From: the human T2T-CHM13v2.0 reference genome, Homo sapiens
Reading direction: 5' to 3' (one strand)
Length of the DNA stretch: 64,000 bases
NCBI RefSeq assembly: GCF_009914755.1
Contig: NC_060930.1
Part shown: positions 1-15,693 of the stretch, in pieces
Layout of the letters: each line of letters opens with the position of its first letter
Numbering within the stretch: position 1 is the first letter of the stretch
The notes under the pieces: model-generated
What the model was told of the DNA's origin: nothing
The model's input: only the letters and a program-made list of their open reading frames with translations
Database searches by the model: none
Translations under genes and position numbers: made by a program

Positions 1-506
1 AGTTAGGGAGATGACTTCAGATATTTTTTGCTCTTTGATTTTCTGTATTGCAAGAAAACGGCTCAAGAACTTTCCTCCTAAATCTAAGTATCTGTAAAAA
101 AGAAGACAGTCACAATAGTAACAATAAAAATATGCCTAAACATTTAATCTAAATCAGGAGTTTCCAAACATTGTTGTCAGAAGACTTTGATAGTTCCTCA
201 GGACAGGTAAAGTGACATTAAACTAGTATAGCTCCCAGTCTCTGTTCCTTGCTTCAGTCAGAAAAGTTTATATTATCTGTTTGATGCACTTGAATTGGAC
301 ATAACATATCTTACTTATTTTGTTTTGTTTTGTCTGAGACCAGGTCTCACTCTGTCACCCATGCTGGAGTGCAGTGGTTTGATCACAGCTCACTGAAAAT
401 ACTGCTTTTAAATTATAGATAGATTTTGATGTTTCATGTAGGCATTTAAAATATGAAACTTTTTTTTAAATACATTGGACTTTCTAAAGCAGTATCAAAA
501 ATAGCT

Positions 507-640
507 AGGCCAGGTGTGGCGGCTCATGCCTGTAATCCTAGAACTTTGGGAGGCTGAGGTAGAAGAACTGCTTGAGGCCAGGGGTTTGAGACCAGCCTGG
601 GCAACATAATGAGACCCCCATCTCTACTTTCATGAAAATT
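507..640 (+). mobile_element. Alu monomer (FLAM)
   Basis: Left-arm consensus only. Confidence 0.85.
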
Positions 641-649
641 AAAATTAAA

Positions 650-1115
650 AAATAGCTAGAGAAAAAATTGCAAATACCTAAAGGTCCATCAACAGATGCA
701 CAGATAAACACATTGATGTGGTATACCCATACAATGAAATACTATTCAGTAGTGAAACAGAATCAATGGATACCCATAACAGCATGAATAAATCTCAAAA
801 TAATTATTCTGAGTAAAAGAAGACAGATTTTACAATGGGTACATACTGCACGACCCTGCTGATATAAAACTCTAAAATGTACAAGCTAATCTTTATTGGT
901 AGATTAGTAGCTGCTTGGGAGGGGGAAACAGAAGGAAGAGAGGAAGGGATTACAAAGGGACATGACAAAACATCTGAAAATGATGCTTATGTTCACTATT
1001 TTGAATGTTGTGTTGGTGTCATAGGTGTATATATACGCTGAAACTACAGAATGTATACTTTAAATATACGCAATTGATTTTAAGTCAATTATATCTCCGT
1101 AACCGTTTCAATTTT
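650..1115 (+). mobile_element. Old L1M 3' end fragment
   Basis: GTCCATCAACAG..GGTATACCCATACAATGAAATACTATTCAG and typical L1M 3'UTR. Confidence 0.7.
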
Positions 1116-1278
1116 TTTTAAGTGGGGAAGGAATTTAAACATGCTAATTTTAATTCTGAATGTAAAAGAGTGTACAAAAAATCTGCCTCATAAAGTTTTA
1201 AGGATTATTTCAGAACATAAAACCACCACAGAATATTTTAAGGTAGAAAATGTATTAGTTTTAAGTTTGTTTTATTAC

Positions 1279-1428
1279 CTGACAATTTTTGGTGCCTGAG
1301 AATTTTCAATTCCTTTAAAAGAAACTTTTTTGACATGATCGCCTGAACTATGGCTAGTAACAGACTTTTTTTCTTCTAGTAAGAAATCCCGGAATGACTT
1401 GGATGAAACTGAATGCAGAGAAGATGCC
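1279..1428 (-). CDS. IBTK: IBTK exon 26 (150 nt)
   Basis: CAG|GGCATCT...GTCAG|GTAATA; ASSLHSVSSKSFRDFLLEE...APKIVR. Confidence 0.95.
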
Positions 1429-2289
1429 CTGCAAAAGAAAGCAAAGATCATGTTAAAACATCCATTTTGTAAAAGGGCATTGCTGGAAGTTATAAGAGAA
1501 CAATAAGAACGTATACCAAAAATTTTACAATATACAATTGCAGTTTTCAATGTGATGTTGGATTCTTGCTGCCAATTGTGAAATATCCAAAACTATTCCA
1601 TAAGAAAAACCAATCAATGAAGACCAAGTCTAGAGATAACTCAGATGTTAAAATTAGCAATATTAAAATAGCTATTACAATTATGCATCAGATAACAACA
1701 ACAAAAGCTCATTAAAAATAGGTAAGTTCGGCAAAAGAAAAGAAACTATTAAAAAAAGAGCAAAATGAAAATTCAAGAATTTTTAATATATTTTTAAAAA
1801 TTCACTGTATAGATGGAAGAGTCGGTAAACTTGAAGATAAACCAAAAGAAATTTTTGAATCTGAAAAACAAAAAAGAGAAGTTGAAGAAAATTATTCCAT
1901 AGTGAGTTATAAGATAAAATCAAAAGGTCTGCCATATGTGTTAACTGAAGTCCCAGAAATAAAGAAGAGAGATACGGCAGAGAAAAAGAAACAATGGCCA
2001 AAATTTTCCCAAATTTGGTGGAAGATATAAATTTAAAGACTCCAGAATTTTGGCAAACCCCAAAAAAGATAAAACAAAGAAAACCATATTTAGGCACATA
2101 ATAAATAAACAGCTGAAAACCAAAGCTAAACAGAAAATCTTGACAGCAGCCATAGAAACACAACACAGAATGAAAATGAGTAGCTTGTTATTTGAAACAA
2201 TGAAGCCCAAAAGACGATGGAAAGGAATCTTTAATATGATGAAAGAGGTAGAGAATGTCAATCCAGAATTCTATATCTGAGTAATCTTG

Positions 2290-2484
2290 AAAGTAGGTCC
2301 TCTTCAAGTCATGCCTTGAAATGACTATAGCCCTGGCCAAACCTTGACTGCAGCACTGTGGAAGATCCTGAGTCAGAGGCATTCAGCTGAGATTCCTGAC
2401 CCAAAGGAATTATGATAATAAATGTTGGTTGTTTTAAGCTGTTGTTCAAGTATAATCTGTTATGAAGCAATAAATAACTAATAC
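2290..2484 (+). mobile_element. MLT1-type MaLR LTR fragment
   Basis: ACCTTGACTGCAGC...ATAATAAATGTTGGTTGTTTTAAGC...AGCAATAAATAACTAATACA. Confidence 0.65.
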
Positions 2485-2502
2485 AAGATATTACAGAAAT
2501 TA

Positions 2503-2840
<338 letters not shown>

Positions 2841-3136
2841 AAGATAGAAATGTTATAAACAACTTAACACAAATAAATTTGACAATTTACATGGAATAGA
2901 CAAATATCTTTTTTAAAAAACTAAATTACTGAAAATAACAGAAAGTCTATATAGACTATATCTATTTTAAAAATTGAATTAATCTCACTAGGTTTTTTAA
3001 CTGCAAAAATTGACAAACTGATTCTAAAATTTACATGAGAATAAAATATCCCAGATTAGCCAAAGCATTCTTTTAAAAAAAATAGAAAGTTGGAAGAAGA
3101 CAAAACCAATTATGGTAATCAGGATAGTATAAGCTA

Positions 3137-3474
3137 GGTCTGAATGTATTTCCTCCAAAACTCATGTTGAAATGTAAATGTCACTGTGATTGTATTGTGA
3201 GATGAGACCTTTAAGAGGTGTTTAAGTTATGAGGGTGCCTCACAAACTGACTAATGCCATTATCACTGAGAATGGTTAACCCTTTTTGCTGTCTCTCACC
3301 CTGCTGGCATATGCCTTCCACTATGCTATGAAGCAGGAACAAGGCTCCTGCCAGATGCCAGCACCTTGATATTGGACATCCCAGCCTCTAGAACTGTGAG
3401 CCAATAAATATCTGTTCATTATAAATTACCCAGTCTGTGGGACTCTGTTACAGCAGCACAAAATGAACTAAGAT
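3137..3474 (+). mobile_element. MST-type MaLR LTR
   Basis: TCCAAAACTCATGTTGAAA...CCAGCCTCTAGAACTGTGAG..AAATTACCCAGTCTGTGG...AACTAAGA. Confidence 0.8.
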
Positions 3475-4299
3475 TGTGTGATACTGGCATAAGGATTGAC
3501 AAACAGATTTCTTCAATTATGTTTTACTGTTCTTTCCACTGACTATGCCATAATTGGAAACAGTACCTGATTTCCCACAATTTTATTTTCCTAACTCACA
3601 AGCTCCAGCTATTTTCTACCTTAACAGCCACAGAAAATTTATGGAGAAGAATTTTAGACATTTGTACCTGCATAAAAATTAACCAGAATTTTGCTCCTCA
3701 GCAAAAGAAGCCCTGTAATTTTACTCTAAATAATATTTTAGCTTTAAAATATTAAATAATTGAAATTGTTTTATATTGTATGGGTTAGCTCTAAATGGAA
3801 TTTGAAAGAATTTACATTCAAACATCAAGCCAGGCCACAAAGAAAAAGTATTCTTCCACTGAAGATGACTGATGAGAAAGGTTCTATTATTTCTCCAAGT
3901 GAAACATTTAATTTTGAGAAGTAGCCAAATCCCATACATACTTAGTGTTTTCACATTAAATTTAAAATTTGCCTGGTTGGAACTTCAATCTAATGCAAAA
4001 ACCCAGTTATCCCTAATACTTTCCATTGCCACACCTAACTGTCAGCAGCAGGAGTACAACTATAAACACTGGGAATTCTACAGACTAGGTGAATGAATGT
4101 GTGAACAAACTAGTGAAAATCCTACCACAACCTCAAGTATATTTAGAGTGCTAATTTGTGTTTTGCTAATGAATTGCACATTAACCTTAATATTAATGTA
4201 AACATATTTTTAAAAATCTTTTGAAGAAGTAAAATCTTATTAGATGATACTTCAGGTAATGATGTACCTTTAAGAAGGATTTTAAAAACCAGTTACATC

Positions 4300-4942
<643 letters not shown>

Positions 4943-5254
4943 AGTTCCAATTTTTTCTTTAAAACCAATGCATACGAGATATGTTCTCAGGAAAACAATC
5001 TATTCCATTTTTACTTCAAGCATATATTACAAGTATTTACATTCTATGTGTATCTGATTAAAAATCAAGTGATATACTGAATTATGTGGCTATCTCATAA
5101 TTTTATAATCACATGAAAAATTATATCATATTATATTCACTCAATAATTAATGTTTTATCCAGAGTTCAGGTTAAAATACTTTGCAGCCTTCTAAGAATT
5201 CAAGAAAGAAAATTATTCAACAATTTAATAACAGTAATTTCAATTTATACTGAA

Positions 5255-6034
5255 GTGCTTTGCTTTGCTGTGCTTCATAGTTACTGTGTTTTTAAACAGG
5301 TTGAAGGTTTGTGGCAACCTTGCATGGAGCAAGTATATCGTGCCATTTTTCTAACAATACATGCTCACTTTGTGTCTCTGTGTCATATTTTGGTATTTCT
5401 CCTGGTATTTCAAACTTTTTCATTATTATTATATCTGTTACGGTGATCTTGATCTTTGATGTTACTATTATAATTGTTTTGGAGCACCATGAACCACATC
5501 CATACAAGTTGGCAAGCTTAATTGATAAATGTTTGTTTTCTGACTGTTACACCAATTGGCAGTTCTCCCATCTCTCTCCCTCTCCTCCTTAGGCCTCCCT
5601 ATTTCCTAAGAAACAACAATATTGAAATTAGACCAACTAATAACCCTACAGTGGCCTCTAAGTGTTCAAGTGAAAGAAAAAGTCACATGTCTCTCACTTT
5701 AAATCAAAAGCTAGAAATAATTAAGCTTAGTGACGAAAGCACCACCCTGATCAGTCAGCAGTCATCAACATCAAGGCAAGATACTCCACCATAAAAAGAT
5801 GATTCACTGAAGGTTCAGATGACCATTAGCATTTTTTAGCAATAAAATAGTTTTACATTAAGGTTTTTTTTTGTAGATATTATGCTATTGCACACTTAGC
5901 AAACTACGTATAGTATAAACATTACTTTTACAGGCACCAGGAAACCAAAAATTTCTTGTGACTTGCTTTATTGCGATGTTTGCTTTACTAAGGTAGTCTG
6001 GAACCGAACCTGCAGTATCTCCAAAGTATGCCTG
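5255..6034 (+). mobile_element. Tigger1, internally deleted
   Basis: Transposase N-terminus (ASKCSSERKS..LTLNQKLEIIKLS) joined near 5740 to the Tigger1 3' end with TIR ...AAGTATGCCTG|TA. Confidence 0.85.
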
Positions 6035-6271
6035 TATAGTCTTAAAAAGAGCATAAATTACTAATTGTAGACAATTCAGATACCTCTCACCTTGATGATA
6101 ATAATTCAGAATATCTATAATTCTCAAAAATTCAGATTACCCATAACATCTATAATTATCTAAATTATCTATAATTGGTCAGTTAGATAAATTTTCTTAG
6201 TGTACTAAGATACATAAAACTCATTACTCATGTTTGTACTTAAGTTTTCCAATCATGTTTTCATAAAATAA

Positions 6272-6615
<344 letters not shown>

Positions 6616-6829
6616 AGATAATTATCAAATTCTTTTCAAAGAAAAATAACCTATGTTTTTGGTCAAAATTTATGGCATCTTTCTTCCCATCTTTCTAGAA
6701 TTCTCCTTAATATGCCATAATAGACTCTTAAAATTTGGATAGATAGTCCCTTCAATGTGGCACTCTAAGCTCATGTTGCTATTACCAAGGAAAAATTTTT
6801 CCTATGTTTGAAAATTAGTCAGAAGTTTC

Positions 6830-9110
6830 AGATAAATGACCACTTGAATACCTTCCTCTGAAATCCTAAAGTGTACAGCAAAGTAATCAGAAAGGTATAA
6901 ACCCACAAGGGCAAAAATAATAAGCTATTAAGACAATGGCAGTCTAAAAACAGCAACACATTTTTGAAGGATAGCAAAAGAGATGGAATGATAAAAACTG
7001 ATGTCGCCGAGTGGACAAAAAAATACTAGCAGTCATCAGGTGGGTGACAGTAAAGAGGGAAGCTGAGAACTCTGGAAAGGGGCATATACTGGAGACAGAG
7101 TATGTATCAAATCCTGAAGTCGACATGAGCATGAAAATTGTTTCAGTTTATTTAAGGAGGGGCTGAAAGTGCCAGATGTACTCCCTATCTCCATATGGTC
7201 ATATGACTACATCTCCTTTACTCTGGCAGAAGGAAAATTTGATTCAAAGTCACTAGTAATAGAGGATGGCGGGAGTGAACTGTTGTGTACAAAGTCTATA
7301 CACTAAATGTGAAAACCTATTACAAATGGTGACAAGTTCAGTCCCAGCTCTAACCTCCCTACACTGAGATACGCTTCCAGAATGCTAGCAACAAAATGTA
7401 CACCTTAACAGCAAAAAAAAATTAAAAGGCTGCTCTTTAGAAAAACTGACAGACTAAAGAGACCAAGGAGAAAAGATATGGAGATAACCAACATATGGGG
7501 AGATTCAGGGGTCCCTAAGGAATCTGATACGTTACCCTATAGTCACACCTATCAGTCTATTTGTACAACATAGGCACACAGAGCTTCCAGTCAGAACTTA
7601 AGAGAAAACAATCAATCAATAAATTGACAAAATGAAATAAAATAAAACACATATAGAGTAGAATGAATAAAACATGGATGTAAATCAATGGCTATTTTTA
7701 GCTTTCTTTTTTTTGGTTGATTGGTTTATTTTGTTCAATATCATATTGGTAAGATTCATCCACACTGTTGTATTTAGTCATGATTTATTCTTTTTCATTA
7801 CTCTGTAGTATTCTACTATAAAAATAAATTAATTTATCCACTGACTGCTGATAGACATCTAGATTGTTTTCAGTTTGGGCTATTACAGATAATAAATTAT
7901 GAACATTCTTATACTTGTTGCGTGGTACATACGTGTGTGTTTCTGTTGGGTATATACTAAAGAGTGAAAATGCCTACAGAGTACAGAGATCTTCAACATT
8001 AGAATATTAAAACAATACTATAGAAAAAGGTATCATCAACAAACAAACCAAAAAAAGCTCTTGATAAAGATTTTAATGATTGGAAAAAGTCAGGCAAATG
8101 TTCCAGAAAGTAGAATTAAAAGGCATATATGTGGACAATAGAAAAGAAAAAGTGTAGTGGCTCACACCTGTAATTCCAGTACTTTGGGAGGCTGAGGCAG
8201 GCAGATCACTTGAGGTCAGGAGTTCGAGACCAGCCTTGCCAACATGGTGAAACCATGTTTCTACTAAAAATACAAAAATTAGCCGGGTGTGGTGGTAGGC
8301 ATCTGTAATCCTAGCTATTCAGGAGGCTGAGACAGAAGAATCGCTTGAACCTAGGAGGCGGAGGTTGCAGTGAACCAAGATCGCACCACTGCACTCAAAC
8401 CTGAACAACAGGGTGAGACTCCATCTCAAAAAAAAAGAAGAAAAAGTAAGAAATTTAGAGAAGCCTAGGGGGACCAATATCTGACTAATGTGATTTGTAG
8501 AGAAAACAGTGAGGAGGAAAAGTATCAAAGTAATATTAATATTACATAAGATTTCCCTAGAACTTAAAGACATGCTGTTGCCAATTAAAAGAGCCCAAGT
8601 ACCCAGGATGTATCAAAAAAGACCTACATTATGATACATTACTGTAAAATTTCAGAACATTAGAGATAAAGAAAAGATCCTGTAAACTTTCAGGGAAAAA
8701 AAAAGTGGAGAAGAAAACAGGAGGTAACATAAGAAGATTTAGGAATTAAATGGCATTGAATAAATTCTCCAAATGATTTCCAATTTAGAATCCCGTTCCC
8801 ATCTATCAGTCAAGAAGAATGAAGGCTAGAATAAAAACATTTTCATGAATATACGAGCTCCAAAAATATATGTCTTATACATCCTTTATCAGAAACCTAC
8901 TGGAGTTGTGCTACATCAAAACAAGGAGTGTATCAAGAAATAGAAAACCACAGGATCAAGAAAACTGGGGATCAAACACTGGAGAGAAGGGAAGACCTGC
9001 AAGACAACAGTTAAAGAAAATCTCAAGATGACAGATATTCAGCATGCCTGGAAAAGACCCGGTTCAGATCACAAAAGAGCACAGGACTCTAAGGAATATG
9101 CCTCCAAAAA
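6830..9110. mobile_element. Mosaic of ancient L1/HAL1-like fragments with nested Alu
   Basis: L1-like A-rich sequence; antisense L1 3' piece near 7730-8000. Confidence 0.45.
8152..8446 (+). mobile_element. Alu
   Basis: Dimer with A tail. Confidence 0.9.
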
Positions 9111-10470
9111 AATAAGTGAAACAACTTTCACTCGTTCACTTTTTGCTTAAGGAAAATGATTGATGGCATGCTTACAGCTATATTACCAAGTCCAAAGCTT
9201 CATCATGAGCTTAGTTAATTCTCTCAAACTGCAATTTAGTACTTGACAGTGGTTCCAATAACTTTTCCCCCTTTTTGGATTTTCCATACCTTTGTTTAAA
9301 GAAAGCACAACTCAGTATTGCAGCAGTCATATCATAAACCCTACAAGGGTAACAGTCAAATCTGTCTTGTTCATTGCCTTATCATCAGAAACTAGCACAG
9401 TCCCTTACATTTAGAAGGTGCTTAACAAATACTGATAAATTTTAAAATTCTGCTAAGCTCATCCTCTCCAGTTTTACCCTCTTTTCTCTTTTCCTTGGGT
9501 GTTCTTACCTCTTATTTTACTTTCTTTTTCAGTAACCATGCTTTGGACCTACTAATAGCCCTAACAAGCACTGATTTAGTTCCATTGGTAACATTTAGAA
9601 TAAAATTATTTGCCACTTTCTTCAAAATAATTAACATTTTAATTGAGAAAAATATTCCTTCTTACAAACAGAATAATGTGGCCTTAGAAACATTGAAAGG
9701 ATTCCCCTAAACCATGGGTAGCTGCCAAGATCCTCCCCAGTCCTTGTGAGAGAAAGAGAGTTCTACTGATTTCTTCGTAAGGCTTCACATTCTCCATGTA
9801 GTTCTCCAGTATTGGTTTCCAGATATTTTAAGTTACAAGAAAAGGAAGGATGGAACGGAAGCTGGAGTACAACCTATTTTACATATCTCAAAATTATATC
9901 TGACCTCTTTGGAGGTTATTCCAATGCTGCCACTATGTGTAAATTCCAATGGAGAAAATGTAAACACAACATTAAGTAAGGAGCAGTGTTTTAAAAAGTG
10001 AAAAATAACAAGCTATGATTATAACCATGTAAAGATATTTATGGAGCATGCAGAAGGACAAAGAAATTAGCGTAGTATAAATAAAGTTTTCTTTTTATAT
10101 GTGTCTGATGTATTTAATTTCTTATAAAAAATAAAAATAAATTTTAAATCACTTTAGCAAGAAAATCTAATTAGAATATCAAGAAGAAATTATATCTATA
10201 TATGAAAAATATATCCACATTTTGATGTGTATGATGATGTGTGTCATCATGACTTGTATGTCAAAACACCCCAAATTAAAAGAAAATAAACAACAACAAA
10301 AAAAGTGTTTGTTTCCCAAGTTCCAATTTTTAACTTGAAAACAGAAGGGGAGATAAAATACTTGAAAAGACTTTAGAAACACTGGAAGTGGGAAGGAACT
10401 CCAAAGTCAAGTACTACCTTAAAAGCAAATGCACAAATCTATATTAATTTTAATAAAAATAAGAGCATAC

Positions 10471-10614
10471 CATGCATTCACTGGTTTGGGGGCTTTTGAA
10501 GGAGTGAATAAAACTGTTTCCATGCTATTCATTCCTGAATTGTTTTCCTTGGTAGTCAATGCAATCATTTTTCGTTGCTTCTGAGAAAGTTTAACTCCAT
10601 GAGAAACTGTTTTG
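10471..10614 (-). CDS. IBTK: IBTK exon 25 (144 nt)
   Basis: TAG|CAAAACA...GCATG|GTATGC; KTVSHGVKLSQKQRKM...PVNAW. Confidence 0.92.
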
Positions 10615-10703
10615 CTAGAAATTAAACCAATTAGTTTCAGTGGTTTCTTCTGACAAAGTTTAATTCCATGAGAAATCATTTTGCTAGAAATTATATCAAT
10701 TAA
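10578..10703. repeat. Diverged tandem duplication, period 69
   Basis: 10578-10634 vs 10647-10703. Confidence 0.9.
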
Positions 10704-10706
10704 CAT
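10615..10706 (-). CDS. IBTK: Intron-24-encoded in-frame N-terminal extension (probable IBTK-gamma start)
   Basis: ATG at 10706, open into exon 25; 31 aa + K1145-end (209 aa if alpha is 1353 aa, recalled) = 240 aa, the recalled size of IBtk-gamma. Confidence 0.65.
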
Positions 10707-11184
10707 TAATTTCTGCTTAATAAAGGTTACTGGTAATAATAATGTTTTCTATTTATTTCATGTTATTTTACCATTATTGGATCAAAATGCTCACAAGTTT
10801 CAACAATGAAAATATCAGTTTATACTAACAATGATCAAGTAATAGCTACATATGAGCCCTCCAACATATCACAAATTTCAAAAAGAACTTGCATCACAAG
10901 CCTTAACTCTTTGGCTTTTGTAGCCAATAGTCCACAATGATCATTTTAGAGTCAAGTTTCTGGGATGTAATACTGTATTCTACAAGAGCTGGATTATCAA
11001 CTCAACTCTATCTTTAGCACATATTTAAGAAATAATATTATGGAGGCTAAATTGCCCAGAAAAGGATGTATAATTAACTATAACATCAAATGCAGAAAAA
11101 TAATAAGAAAGATGCAGTAAGTCTGTCCAATTCTTAGGGCAGAAATACAACATGAAATGATCTTTTGTAATGTTTTCAACCCAC

Positions 11185-11277
11185 CCTAAATGTGACTTTG
11201 GTGTAGCTCCACATTTTTGTCTACTTTCTTCTATTTCCATGATAGTTCTGAGATCCACAACAGGAGGGCTGACAGGA
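11185..11277 (-). CDS. IBTK: IBTK exon 24 (93 nt)
   Basis: TAG|TCCTGTC...TTAGG|GTGGGT; PVSPPVVDLRTIMEIEE. Confidence 0.93.
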
Positions 11278-11846
11278 CTAAAAGACATAAAAGGTTACTT
11301 TGCAAAGCATTCATTTACCTATAAAGCCCAACCCCCAACTTCACTGAAATGATAAGTGATATGTGAGATTAATAATCAGAGTATAATTTAGATTTATCAG
11401 CTGTGAGCCAGTTTCATAAAGGATATTTTGAATAAAAGCTACTTTTATATACACATATATAAATATTAACTAATATATATCCAAAATGTTAAGTGATATA
11501 GCACATATACAAATAACAACTAATATGTATCCAAAGTCATAATGTTGTGATATAACTGAAATTCCTATATTTAAAAAAACATTTTTTAAAAAAAGTGAAG
11601 CAATAGAAAGATTCTTAACTAAATTAGGCAGAAAAACTCACCAAAGTTCTAATTAAATTCTTACCTTTAGGTTAAATGAAGCTTGAAAATTACATTCTTT
11701 CCTTTCTATTTTTAACAAACAAAACTCATTCTACTGTTTAATATTAACAAAAACAAACATTTAATAGAAAAACTTGGGGATACTAAATAATATTGGAGAC
11801 CCACCAGAGGAAGTTATACCATAATGACAAAATTCTACAATCATTA

Positions 11847-12518
<672 letters not shown>

Positions 12519-13075
12519 TCATATTAAAGGGAACCTGTTTCCTGTACTTTTTTTCTTTCATCAAAAACAAATTCTACTTATTATTTACACTAGGCAATAC
12601 TACAAAATGAATGTAGAAATGTTTGTGTATATGTCAATATTGAGAATGTTTATTGCCTATTGCTATGCATTTTGTCAATGAGCATAGTACTGAAATAGCC
12701 TAATCTATCTTGTAGACCAGGGTATTTTTAAAACATGTTTAACAAAATATCCTAACATTAGCAATCAGAAGATGTTTCCAGATGTTCCCACATATTAAAT
12801 ATTTACCAATTTGTGTACTTATGCAAAAAAAAAAATTGAAACTAATTTCTGAACTAAAGTTTAAACCATGAAGCACATAAAATGGAACATCATAATCTTT
12901 GTTCCAACTCTGCAAAATATAGCCTATTTCAAAAGAATTAAATAGTCCAGATGATAATATGTCAATTAACAGTTTTAGACTTTATCAACCATTGTAGGCA
13001 TATAAACATGAAGCACAAGCTTAATTAACATTTTGAAAGAATACTACATTCTAATTACATCTGCTACTCATTTAA

Positions 13076-13396
<321 letters not shown>

Positions 13397-13874
13397 TAAA
13401 TGAAAAAATATATATATAATATAGGCAAGTTAAAAGGATAGTATAACATTAAATTAATATCCTCTGAAAATTAACTGAATAGTTACACATTTTGTGAAAT
13501 TTTAAATACCCCTTCACATGCTCTAAGAGATAAAGTCTATGATTGACAAAATTGTCTTCCTGTGCAGCATTTTTAACCAATACATATTATCTAAGAAATA
13601 ACTACTGATACTAAGTTTCTCTCTATATACGTAAAACATAGTATTTGCTACTATTCACTGATGATAATACAAAGGCAACTAAATTTTGCCTGGGGTTGGT
13701 TGGGGGGGAAGCCTATTATAGCTGGTTAGCAATTTGTAGGTATTTAGGCAATTTTCTGTGCATTAGAAATTTATATTAATATTTCTTAAATGTTCATCAT
13801 TAAAAAATTAAATTGCATTAAAAATGAATGACATTTCTCAAACTAACAGTTATAGAATAAAATAAAAATCCTAC

Positions 13875-14038
13875 CTGAAAGAACCAGCAACCCAACTGGC
13901 AGAGCTGGTAGTATCAATTCTGTTACTGGGAATAGGCTGTGGAGCAGATATTTTAAGTATTGGTGACTTTTCCCATGGTTTTAAATCTTCCCTAGAATAC
14001 ACAGGAGATGTACCATTAACATACGGTTTGACTTTCGC
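13875..14038 (-). CDS. IBTK: IBTK exon 23 (164 nt)
   Basis: CAG|GCGAAA...TTCAG|GTAGGA; AKVKPYVNG...WVAGSF. Confidence 0.94.
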
Positions 14039-14688
14039 CTGGGGAGAGAAAAAAAATAAAAAAAGTTAACAGGCACCTAGAACAGTAACTAACACATAGC
14101 TGGTACTTAATAAATATTAGTTACATTATAATGAAGAATAAAATCTTATGACAATAAGCCATCTAGTATTTTCAAATCATGTTCTTCTACAGTTTTGTGC
14201 CTTAGCCAACTCTCAAATCACATTATTGACTATAACTGAATTATTATGAGCTTTGAAAATAATTTTTAGGGAAACTAGTTTGCATATTAAATCTCTACAC
14301 AAATAGTTAACATGTAATATATAAAAGTTGTACAAATAAGACATGAAGCAGTAATTTTAAAATTAATATCCATGGCTTGAATATGAAACAAAATGAAAGT
14401 TTTGTATAAATGTCATATAATTCACTCTGATGTAAAGTACTGTGAATAAAATTAAAGTCAAATAATACTGACACCTTGAAAGGAACCCTAAAACTACTGC
14501 TATTGTAATATGTCAAGGAAGTTATTAAAATGATATGTCTATTTCCAGGATAGATTCTTCTGTTATTGTAAATCACTCACAATATACCCTGAGCCTTCCT
14601 TTAAACCTCAATTGTCTTACAGACCAACCTTAGTGTGAATATAAATTGCCCCCAAACTTCTATCCTATATTTTAAAAAAAATCAATCC

Positions 14689-14987
14689 TGGCGGGGTGTG
14701 GTTGCTCACATCTGTAATGCCAGGACTCTAGGAGGCTGAAGTGGGTGGATTGCTTGAGTCCAGGAGTTCGAGACCAGCCTGAGCAACACGGCAAAACCCC
14801 ATCTCTACTAAAAATATAAAAAAATTAGCTGGACGTGATGGTGCGTGCTTATAATCCCAGTTACTCTGCCGGCTTAGGTGGGAGAATCACCTAAGCCCGG
14901 GAAATCAAAGCTGCAGTGAGCTGATACTATACCACTGCACTCCAGCCTAGGCAACCAGAGTGAGAGACCCTGTCTCAAAAAAAAAAA
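14689..14987 (+). mobile_element. Alu (J-like)
   Basis: Dimer; TSD AAATCAATCCT. Confidence 0.9.
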
Positions 14988-15693
14988 TCAAATCAATCCT
15001 TGAGGCCTAAAAGACTCTAAGAAGAAAGGGTAAACTTCTGTTGTCTTATGAATTCCTAGAAGTTCCGATACGTTTTGTGGATGTGTAGGAGTTACAGAAA
15101 AGTGACTCTATCTCTATTCAGTTACACATTTTTCTCTAATAGGTTAACAGCTATGGAATCAAATGTTAAGGAGTGTCTAAGAAATGCCCTCCCCAGAGCT
15201 GATTAGGCTAGGAATCCTGCAGCTTAATGTGCTAGATTAGGAGAAGAACTCAAATCATTTCCAAATTGTTTTGCTCCAGTTAATACCCTGGAGGAAAGAG
15301 ACTGCGAACTTTCAAAGTAGGCTTATTTTCGAAATCATTTGCCTTGACAATTTTTAACTGATGTTAACTGACATTTCACAAGATAAATTTCAATAATTTA
15401 GCTACAAATATATTTTTTCAACATGTCTATAGTGTTATTATATTTTACATCAACATTATATTTTAGTTGCACAAAGACTAGAAATAACATCATAAAGGGC
15501 TCAAAACTGCCATTACAATCTCTAAAAATAGAAATGTTGTGCAAATTTAAGAAAACTAACACTATATTTGTGATTCTTATATACCAACCTGGAAACTGTT
15601 TTAAAATTAGGGCAAAAATAAGGAAATATTAAAGATAAACCATCTATAAATCTAAAATCTGAAGGTAAGGAGGTAGTGCTTCAAAAAACAAAC

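Noticed and set aside
1783-2382. Overlapping ORFs on both strands
   Set aside because: Degraded L1 ORF1 and LTR sequence
11278-11288. In-frame ATG in the exon-24 acceptor (MSF-SPVSPP)
   Set aside because: Lies within the pyrimidine tract in poor context; no evidence of a transcript start there
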